64,000 bases of DNA from Flavobacteriales bacterium (GTDB lineage Bacteria > Bacteroidota > Bacteroidia > CAIKAF01): positions 81,317-145,316 of the forward strand of contig JANWKT010000013.1 of assembly GCA_025451235.1 (NCBI GenBank), read 5' to 3'. The notes under the pieces are model-generated. The model was not told where the DNA came from. It ran no database searches and saw only the letters and a list, made by a program, of their open reading frames with translations. Made by a program: the position numbers and the translations under genes. This document shows positions 52,746 to 60,474 of the stretch, one piece after another. The stretch's first letter is position 1. Each line of letters opens with the position of its first letter.

Positions 52746-53794
52746 AAAGTGAATTCTTGTTGTAATTTATCTGAGTAATCCCGAAGTCTAATAATCGATT
52801 TCAAAACAAATTTATTATCCGGCTCAACTGAACGCCAGAAGTGCAAATACCCAAACAATCTTTCAAGATATATTGGGTCAAATGAATTAATATGTTTTTG
52901 ATGTTCGAACAATCCTTTCGAAAGGACATAATGAACATTTTTTCTAACTTCTCGCTTAGCTTTTTTCGGAACAGTCATTGTTCCATTGGATATCGAAATC
53001 CCTGTAATAATTTTTTGATTTTTCTCACCAAGCAATTTTGTTTTGGGCTTATTTATATTAAATCCTTCTTCTTCGGTAATTTCTTCAATATATGTTGTCA
53101 TTTTAATTGGTATTGCACCCCCAGAAAAAGTAAAATCATCAGCATACCTGGTATAATTTAGTTTAAATTTATTTGCTAGTCCATTTAATCTTTGATCAAG
53201 TCTTTTTGCTATAATATTGCTTATCGCCGGACTTGTAGCTGCTCCTTGAGGTAGAGCTCGATTCAAACAACAAATTGCGGCTAAGTAGTAGGAGATTCTT
53301 TTTGTGTACCCCAAATTCCGAAAAATTGCAATTACTCGATTTATTTTTATGGATGGAAAAAAATTTTGAATATCCATTTTTAATACAAATTTGGTATTGA
53401 GATGTTCTTTAGCATTGTCAACAATTGAAGTATTTTTGATAAATCCCTTGGAACATTTATGTAATGGTTGGTGAATTAGGATGTTCTCGTAAATCCACTT
53501 TTGAGCATGCAATAAAACAGGATAAGGCGCTGAAATTATTCTTTGGCCTCCATTTCTTTTTGGAATCTCAAAAGTATAATAAAAGCTATTGGATTTCATC
53601 ACTATACTCGAAAGCACTTCCCTCTGAATGCCCAGTAATGAGGCTAAATGGTTAAAATCCAAAATTATTACGGTGTTATTCGAAATGAGTTTTTGCACAT
53701 AAATTGATAGTGCCTTTTGAGTTTTTTCACCTCTTACATTTTTCGAGATGAAATCAACCCATTTTTCGATTTGTATTTTTTTATCTTCTAGCAT
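52703..53794 (-). CDS. Retron reverse transcriptase
   Basis: IPKRNGGQRIISAP, NAKEH (NAxxH), KMDIQNFFPSI, LPQGAATSP, YTRYADD, ITG (VTG-like); ATG at 53794, upstream TTG lies inside the ncRNA. Confidence 0.93.
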   Translation of the reverse strand: MLEDKKIQIEKWVDFISKNVRGEKTQKALSIYVQKLISNNTVIILDFNHLASLLGIQREVLSSIVMKSNSFYYTFEIPKRNGGQRIISAPYPVLLHAQKWIYENILIHQPLHKCSKGFIKNTSIVDNAKEHLNTKFVLKMDIQNFFPSIKINRVIAIFRNLGYTKRISYYLAAICCLNRALPQGAATSPAISNIIAKRLDQRLNGLANKFKLNYTRYADDFTFSGGAIPIKMTTYIEEITEEEGFNINKPKTKLLGEKNQKIITGISISNGTMTVPKKAKREVRKNVHYVLSKGLFEHQKHINSFDPIYLERLFGYLHFWRSVEPDNKFVLKSIIRLRDYSDKLQQEFTLPNSHSAHRPFIPD

Positions 53795-53806
53795 GGTAAT
53801 AAAAAA

Positions 53807-53990
53807 TGAGGATGGGAAAACTACTTTCAATGAAATTTATTCATACTACTAAATCCTACAACGTAGATTTAGTAGTGCAGTTCTGTTAGGAACTTCACTA
53901 GTGCCTTTTTCAGGTACTAGTGTGGTTAACCACAGCATTAATAAATGAGGCGAATACACCTCAATGTGCTAGTTTCATTTCCCATCCTCA
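53807..53990 (-). ncRNA. Retron msr-msd ncRNA
   Basis: Perfect 13-bp a1/a2 inverted repeat tgaggatgggaaa (53807-53819) / tttcccatcctca (53978-53990) enclosing hairpins at 53845-53876, 53896-53922, 53921-53934 and 53946-53963, directly upstream of RT. Confidence 0.85.
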
Positions 53991-54337
53991 ATGTTTTTAA
54001 AAATTTCTTTATCCAAAGTTTTTCGATTTGGTATGTATAACTCATTTATACCCAAAATAGGTTGTTTCATGTTTTCAGGAATTAGTTTCCAGTATTTGAC
54101 GTTTTCACGTAAAAATATATATTTTCTATTCCCAAATATCCAATTGCGCCCATATTCGTTAAGGGTTATTTGATTACCACTAATAACTATTAACCCATTA
54201 TCTTCAAATTTTTGTATTGTTCTCGCAAGTTGAAAAGGAGATAGCTGGTATTTTTCATGAAAAAAATACAAATCCAAACTGTTTTGGGCATATAATTCTT
54301 TGAGGAACTCAATATCCTCGCTTAATAATTCTATCAT
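53975..54337 (-). CDS. Winged-helix protein, retron accessory
   Basis: KYQLSPFQLARTIQKFEDNGLIVISGNQITLNEYG wHTH pattern; ATGA overlap with PRTase. Confidence 0.75.
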   Translation of the reverse strand: MIELLSEDIEFLKELYAQNSLDLYFFHEKYQLSPFQLARTIQKFEDNGLIVISGNQITLNEYGRNWIFGNRKYIFLRENVKYWKLIPENMKQPILGINELYIPNRKTLDKEIFKNIEDGK

Positions 54338-55191
54338 ATCCGTCTAAAAAGTGTTTTTCTTTGAATCCCCCCTTTATAAAAGGGCCACCAAAATATTGGG
54401 AATACATTATTCGGAACATTATTGGCTTCGAAGCCAAATAGGGCTTCTGACCTTTTATATCCGAAATTGGGGAGTTTTCTACTCCCAATTTTATTCTTTA
54501 ATTTACTTTCAAGATTCTCCATGGATTTTTTAGCTGAAGGCCTGTTTTCTGCCTCCATTATCTCACTAATCCCTTTCTTCAACCAAAAAACTGAGTAATA
54601 TTCCATGTACAATTTATCTAATACATCTTTGGAAAACTCCATAGCGGCTAGGCTAATAGTTCTAACGGTTACATTGGTAAGTTGGCGTTTTTCTATTGTT
54701 GAACGCATGTATTTTACTTTTCGCTCAATTGTATCACCTGTTCCAATGAAGTCGTCCGTTAGTATAACATTTGAATTGTCTGGAATTTCATTAGCTCCAA
54801 TCGGTAACGAGTTAAAAAAATTAGATTCCTTCCAATTCATAGAGAATTTATTTTTTAGACATTGTATAATACTTTGGGATCCGTCTGGGTTTTTATCGTC
54901 ACACGTAGCAATAAGAAAAGTACTTTCTGAAGTTAAACCCCAATTTGTTTCGATTTGAGCTGCAATGCTCTTACCTGCCTCATTTAATGTTTGTCCATCA
55001 ACGAAGGAAAAGTTCTTTATTAGGAATTCAATTAAATCTTTTTGGTCTTTATTATCCGATAGACACCATAATTCAAAGAGTGCTTCTGGCTCATATGAAA
55101 GCCACTTGTACTCTTTGTGTAATTTAGTTAAAGTGACAAAATCGTTAACGTCAATTTTGCCAGATGCTCTATTTACAATCTCTTCATTCAT
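54334..55191 (-). CDS. PRTase-like protein, putative retron effector
   Basis: VILTDDFIGTGDT PRPP-binding motif; C-terminal FGY...NVPNNVFPIFWW. Confidence 0.85.
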   Translation of the reverse strand: MNEEIVNRASGKIDVNDFVTLTKLHKEYKWLSYEPEALFELWCLSDNKDQKDLIEFLIKNFSFVDGQTLNEAGKSIAAQIETNWGLTSESTFLIATCDDKNPDGSQSIIQCLKNKFSMNWKESNFFNSLPIGANEIPDNSNVILTDDFIGTGDTIERKVKYMRSTIEKRQLTNVTVRTISLAAMEFSKDVLDKLYMEYYSVFWLKKGISEIMEAENRPSAKKSMENLESKLKNKIGSRKLPNFGYKRSEALFGFEANNVPNNVFPIFWWPFYKGGIQRKTLFRRI

Positions 55192-55204
55192 TCTTTATCA
55201 TTTT

Positions 55205-55318
55205 GCCTAACTACGGATTACCGTAATCATACAAACGTTTACAAACCTCTATTTTCGTTTGTAAGCACTTGTATAATGGCTTTCCTATATCAATAGTATA
55301 GAATAAAGAGCAAATATA
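55205..55318 (-). promoter_or_regulatory. Array leader: TATATTTG promoter box and first GTTAGGC core site (attI-like)
   Basis: caaatata at 55311-55318; gcctaac at 55205-55211; short hairpins between them. Confidence 0.5.
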
Positions 55319-55330
55319 AAAGCAGGGAGG

Positions 55331-55387
55331 CATCCGTATTTTCCCGGATACCTCTACCTAATGTTGGGTATCCGGGAAATATGGATG
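55331..55387. repeat. Inverted repeat at right edge of island
   Basis: catccgtattttcccggatacc / ggtatccgggaaatatggatg. Confidence 0.75.
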
Positions 55388-55422
55388 GGATCCAGGCCGG
55401 GGCGGCTTGGGAATAGAAGTTG

Positions 55423-56634
55423 CTATTCAGGACAGTTGGCTACACAAACCTCCTGCGTGATGCCGTAAAGAATGGTGAGCTTACCGGTCATATATTTTTG
55501 ACTGGTAGCCAGGTAGCAATCCAAAGATAAGGTACCATCATTTTCCAAAATGGTTCTTTTAAACTTAAATTCGGCTAAACCTTTGGTAGAGGTGTAGTAG
55601 CAACTAAATATAACAGATTCAGGATTTTTTAGTTTTGTCTTTACTACAAAATTAATTTTATAAGGACTTTTTTGGTTGGGGAATTTTTGCGTGCCTATCA
55701 GCTCACCCTCTAATGTAGTCACTTTTAACCAGTTTTTTGGCAGGTTAATTTCAATGTTGCATTCATACGTCATGTTAATGATCCTGGTGACGGTCACTGG
55801 ATCTTTTTCAATGGCTGGAATGTTTATAGGAATAATGTTATAACCCTCATCCAAATCAACAATCACAAACGCTTTATAGGGATCTTTTCTTTTGAAAGTT
55901 AATGTATACCTTTCACCATACTCGATCTTTTTTCCTTCTATTCTGTCGTTTATTAATACCAGATTTTCCGAAAAGGAGATATCTCTTACTTTTACTTTGT
56001 CTCCATTGTTTCTAAATGGGTTGGTCTTTAACTCAAAGAATACGGTTACAGTACTGTCCGATTGTCCCAGTAATTCGAGATACGGGATATCGTTCGTTAT
56101 TTTTATGCATTCCGTCCAGGCATTTAATGAATTTTCAACATCTTCACTGCGGGTATAGGTTTCGTTTAATTCAATTTTTTCATTGTAACTAAGTGAATAA
56201 TCTATTTTGGTTTTATACTTTTTAAATATACTCTTCACTTTTGATTTATTGGAACCCCAATTAAATGCACCAAAATCAGGAACACTAAACCCTGCCGAGG
56301 AACTTCTCCTGTTTTGAAGATCTTCCTGTGAGGAGGATTCATACAGGTAATTCAGTTTTTCTAAATAATCCTTATCCGTTTTCAAGGATAGTTTCTGGTA
56401 AACAACGGAGAAAGCCGCATCACAGGAACCTATAAATGCTTTATTGGTTTCAAATGATAAGGAGTCTGATACCTGGTTTTTGTTGGATCCGTCCTCCGGC
56501 ATGATTACAAACTCTACAAATGCGTCTTTAACAACCGAATCTTGAATTGCCTTTTCATCCTTTTTTACCGTCTTGGAGCCACAGCTGGATAAAAATGCAG
56601 TTAATACAAGGATCAAGAAAAAATAATTTTTCAT
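55423..56634 (-). CDS. Hypothetical lipoprotein
   Basis: Lipobox FLSSC; 403 aa. Confidence 0.75.
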   Translation of the reverse strand: MKNYFFLILVLTAFLSSCGSKTVKKDEKAIQDSVVKDAFVEFVIMPEDGSNKNQVSDSLSFETNKAFIGSCDAAFSVVYQKLSLKTDKDYLEKLNYLYESSSQEDLQNRRSSSAGFSVPDFGAFNWGSNKSKVKSIFKKYKTKIDYSLSYNEKIELNETYTRSEDVENSLNAWTECIKITNDIPYLELLGQSDSTVTVFFELKTNPFRNNGDKVKVRDISFSENLVLINDRIEGKKIEYGERYTLTFKRKDPYKAFVIVDLDEGYNIIPINIPAIEKDPVTVTRIINMTYECNIEINLPKNWLKVTTLEGELIGTQKFPNQKSPYKINFVVKTKLKNPESVIFSCYYTSTKGLAEFKFKRTILENDGTLSLDCYLATSQKYMTGKLTILYGITQEVCVANCPE

Positions 56635-56829
56635 TTTTCATTTTTTAAAATTGCTCTAGTTGTCCGGCTTTAAGTGAAGCCCCCGTTTTTTTAGGTGGGT
56701 TCTGATCTCCACTTTGTTGGTTGTGATAAGGATCTATTCGATGTGAATAGTTGGTAGTATAAGACAACAAGGTAACTGAATTACTTTCTATTGGGTCATG
56801 ATCCAAACAATTTAATCACAACTGTAACA

Positions 56830-57054
56830 TACGAACGCTGCTGTAAGGCTTCGACCAAACTGTATTAGGTTTGATCTCAACGAAGTACGAAATGGTACGA
56901 GCCTACGAACTACGAACAAAGCAGTGGAGCTTCGACCGAGTTGTTACGGGGTTAACCACAACGAAGTACGAACCTATACGAACATACGAACTACGAATAA
57001 GGTTAGCATCGGTTCGTAGTTCGTAGGTTCGTATGTTTTGTTCGTACTTCGGTG
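56830..57054. repeat. TACGAAC-based composite repeat (81-bp direct repeat plus inverted arm)
   Basis: gcttcgacc at 56848/56929 and caacgaagtacgaa at 56878/56959; inverted gttcgtagttcgtaggttcgta...ttcgtacttcg at 57012-57051. Confidence 0.8.
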
Positions 57055-57062
57055 AAAACAAA

Positions 57063-58007
57063 TTAAAATTGACTGGAAAACGTAAATCCTACTCCCATAT
57101 CCGTTTTGGAGGCGGGATAGGTATAAAGTGACCAACTGGTAGTTTTGTTTTTCTTTTTGTTGATGAAATAGTTCACCAGGTTCCAGGTACTGATGATGAC
57201 CGTAGATGTTCCCACCCCTATGTTCACCATCGATACCGTTTTCAACTCTTCATTCGTGGTATAATATCCCCAATAATCATAGGTCTCCGCTGGATACATG
57301 GCTGCTCCCAAACTAATTTGGCCTATGCCTGATGCAATCCCAATAATAGGGAGGGCCAAACTCTTGCTTCCATTCGCTAATTGAATTCCATTGATCGTGG
57401 TCAAAGAAATATTTGCCGCAGAGAACACCGAAGAAGATACTCCATAAGCAGGGGTTACATGGTTGTTCTGCTGATCGGGCAAAGGTCCGTAAGCCGGTTG
57501 GATCATGGCACATTCATCTTCGGTCAATCCACTGTTCTTGATCCATAGATCTACCAAAGGATCATGCATGTCTTTGAGTTTTTCGTATTGATAGTTTGCA
57601 TTGATATACTCTGCCACATGTCTGCCTGCCGTTTGTTCCACCAAATAACCCACTGCACAGATCCTTCCATTTTTATCTATAAAACAGGGAATGCGCTCTT
57701 GCTTGTCATAGTTGCGGGGAAATTCTTCACGGACAATGTATTTTCCCAATAAGTTCAACATATATTTCCTCCTCCATTGCATTTGAGGAGAGAGGTTTTC
57801 TACCGGGCGGGAAGAAAGTTCATTTAATACATAGAGCAAATGTGTCCGGATACGCAGGTCTTCATTGACCGTTGAGGTAGGTGATATACCGAATTTTTGT
57901 TTGTAGCTGATATCACCGATCACAGGGTTGATGGGGTTTTCAGCGAGAAGGGTGGTGCTCATGGGGGCCATGAGGCATACGGAGAGGAGAAAGATGAGTT
58001 TTTTCAT
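57063..58007 (-). CDS. Hypothetical exported/membrane protein
   Basis: Signal peptide; PCFIDKNGRICAVGYL; hydrophobic C-terminal segments. Confidence 0.75.
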   Translation of the reverse strand: MKKLIFLLSVCLMAPMSTTLLAENPINPVIGDISYKQKFGISPTSTVNEDLRIRTHLLYVLNELSSRPVENLSPQMQWRRKYMLNLLGKYIVREEFPRNYDKQERIPCFIDKNGRICAVGYLVEQTAGRHVAEYINANYQYEKLKDMHDPLVDLWIKNSGLTEDECAMIQPAYGPLPDQQNNHVTPAYGVSSSVFSAANISLTTINGIQLANGSKSLALPIIGIASGIGQISLGAAMYPAETYDYWGYYTTNEELKTVSMVNIGVGTSTVIISTWNLVNYFINKKKNKTTSWSLYTYPASKTDMGVGFTFSSQF

Positions 58008-58149
58008 TTGGATCCTTTTTAATTGTTATTGATAAGACAAGGGGAAAGGGGATTTGCTGCATGAGGGGGAAGAAATAGTTGGGGTTCCCGTGGGTTTTAT
58101 AACTGCTGCGCTGCGCTTAGCCGTTATATTTCCCTCAGCCCCCATAGCT

Positions 58150-58167
58150 TCCCGATAGCTATCGGGA
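58150..58167. repeat. Perfect 18-bp palindrome (REP-like)
   Basis: tcccgatagctatcggga. Confidence 0.7.
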
Positions 58168-58185
58168 GGGGTCGCAGAATTTTTC

Positions 58186-58712
58186 TTTTGCTCTGATTCG
58201 CTACCGCGAGGGTTCTACTTTTTGTCTTGACACAAAAAGTAGACAAAAAAGTCAAGGCTGCATAAGTCATTGATGTAAAACTACGGAACGCTCCGGTCGT
58301 TCACCCAAACTCGTTTACGCTGTTACCCAAATTTTTTCAAAATTTGGACAGCTGGACCTCAAACATGGGTTCACTACCCTGCACTTATCCTTGTTTTACT
58401 ATCCATGCCTTATGAGGCCGTTCCCCCTTCCCGCTAGCCACAGTATCTGGTATTTTCTGGGTAAAAAAGGATTGCACCGGAAATTGCAAGTAAGTGATAC
58501 CTTGGCTAACCCACTATCTTCCAGATAATGTAGCCTGTGGGAGGCGAAACCCGAAATGGCGCGAACTTTGGGTTTTGCGGCCTATGCGGCGGTTGGGCAA
58601 AGGTGAAAGCAAAAGCCCAAAGTTAGCATTTCGGGGCTCCTTTCTTTTGTTTACTTTTCTTTGGAGAAGCAAAGAAAAGTAAAACCCTCGCGGTAGCGAA
58701 ACAAGAGCAAAA
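58186..58712. mobile_element. Non-coding ~527-bp element with ~37-bp terminal inverted repeats (MITE/REPIN-like)
   Basis: ttttgctctgattcgctaccgcgagggttctactttt (58186-58222) vs aaaagtaaaaccctcgcggtagcgaaacaagagcaaaa (58675-58712); subterminal hairpins. Confidence 0.65.
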
Positions 58713-58885
58713 GCACTACACCGCATGCGAACTAGGGAGCCCAAACACGCAGCTTTAGCTGCGAGAAACCACTACACCCCGTAGGCGGGTGAGAATCACC
58801 CACTTTATCAGCACTTATTAACAGAAAAAAAAATATTGACCGATCTTATTAACTTTGCATTCTGAAATATTTGAAAACTCGTTCA

Positions 58886-59986
58886 ATGCAATTTCAGTTA
58901 AAAACCCCCGCATTACTGGTCCTTGAAGATGGAACAGTATTTACCGGCCGGGCCTGCGGCAAAACAGGTACCACCACCGGAGAGATCGCTTTTAATACCA
59001 GTATGACCGGCTATCAGGAAATTTTTTCTGATCCCTCCTATTTTGGTCAGATCCTCGTGATGACCGGTGTTCATATTGGTAATTATGGTATTAAAAAAAA
59101 TGAAGTGGAAAGTGGGTCCACTAAAATTGCAGGTATGGTCTGCAAATCTTTTGCTGATTATCCTTCACGCAAAAGTGGGGATGGTTCCCTCCAGCAAGAT
59201 TTTGAAAAAAACGGTTTGATCGGTATATCGGATGTAGATACCCGTGCACTTGTACGGCATATCCGTCATAAAGGAGCGATGAATGCTATCATCTCCAGTG
59301 AGAATTTAAATGTGAATCAACTCAAGGCGCAATTGAGAGATGTGCCAAGTATGAAAGGATTAGAGCTGAGCTCGAAAGTTTGTACCAAAGAACCTTATTT
59401 CTATGGTGATGAAAAATCCCCCTATAAAGTAGCAGTACTCGACCTGGGTATTAAACAAAATATTTTACGTTGCTTGGCCGACAGAGGCTGTTATTGTAAA
59501 GTATTCCCCATGGATGCCACGGTAGAAGAAATGGAAAAATGGAACCCGGATGGATATATGATCTCTAATGGTCCCGGTGATCCAGAAACCATGACAGGAG
59601 TGATTGCCGAAGTGAAAAAATTGGTAGACCACGATAAAAAAGTGTTCGGGATCTGCTTGGGTCACCAGGTATTGAGCTGGGCCATGGGGGTTCCTACTTA
59701 TAAAATGTTCAATGGACATAGGGGATCCAATCACCCGGTAAAAAATTTAAAAACGGGAAGGGGAGAGATCACTTCACAAAACCATGGTTTTGTATCCGAT
59801 GAAAAACTCATTAGCGAAAATAAGTTAGTTGAAGTAACCCATCAACATTTAAATGATCATTCAGTTGCCGGGATCAAGGTAAAAGGAAAACCTGTTTTTT
59901 CGGTTCAATATCATCCCGAAGCATCAGCTGGCCCGCATGATAGCAGGTATTTGTTTGATGAGTTTGTGGAGTTGATGAAGAAGTAG
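58886..59986 (+). CDS. carA: Carbamoyl-phosphate synthase small subunit
   Basis: LVLEDG, GEIAFNTSMTGYQE, SNGPGDP, GICLGHQ, TSQNHGF, QYHPEASAGPHD. Confidence 0.96.
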   Translation: MQFQLKTPALLVLEDGTVFTGRACGKTGTTTGEIAFNTSMTGYQEIFSDPSYFGQILVMTGVHIGNYGIKKNEVESGSTKIAGMVCKSFADYPSRKSGDGSLQQDFEKNGLIGISDVDTRALVRHIRHKGAMNAIISSENLNVNQLKAQLRDVPSMKGLELSSKVCTKEPYFYGDEKSPYKVAVLDLGIKQNILRCLADRGCYCKVFPMDATVEEMEKWNPDGYMISNGPGDPETMTGVIAEVKKLVDHDKKVFGICLGHQVLSWAMGVPTYKMFNGHRGSNHPVKNLKTGRGEITSQNHGFVSDEKLISENKLVEVTHQHLNDHSVAGIKVKGKPVFSVQYHPEASAGPHDSRYLFDEFVELMKK

Positions 59987-60474
59987 GGGTTTCGTATTTT
60001 TTTTTGGATTATTTATATGAATTGCTTGCTTCTGTTTCGCTACCGCCCCTGACGAAGCTTGCTACACTGCTAGCCAGGACCAGCGAGGGTGCTGATTTTT
60101 GTGTAAAGAGGTAACTATGTATCTGTTAGGCCATATTAAGCCAATATTAACTTTATTTTTAGACACAAAATTGGAGCTTACTATCCGGGGAAATATGGAT
60201 AGCATTCGGATAAAAAAACGTATTAAACGGCATATAGACTCTTTTATGAATTTGGTACATTTACCAATATTAACGAAGAATAAATAGAGGATGGAGTGAG
60301 ATCCATGACGAGGAAGTTTATTAAGAAATGGAATCTAATCAATACCATGCCGTTTATTACAAAATATAACCATTCCTTACAAAAATATACCACTTCTTAC
60401 GAGGGGATGAATTCAACTATTTATTGCTTAACTTGTATGCACCCTCATATAACATGAGTACCCCAATAAGCATT

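Noticed and set aside
52703..53830. Group II intron, DGR or CRISPR-associated RT
   Set aside because: Short RT with NAxxH and an a1/a2-bounded upstream RNA; no maturase/endonuclease extension, template-variable repeat pair or cas1 seen.
53795..53830. TTG-started N-terminal extension of the RT in the ORF track
   Set aside because: Overlaps the a2 arm of the ncRNA; ATG at 53794 is more plausible.
47760..55420. Prophage or IS-bounded island
   Set aside because: No integrase, transposase, phage structural gene, tRNA or flanking direct repeat recognised.
56830..57054. CRISPR array
   Set aside because: Only two degenerate units whose intervening sequence is also similar, plus an inverted arm; no cas genes in the window.
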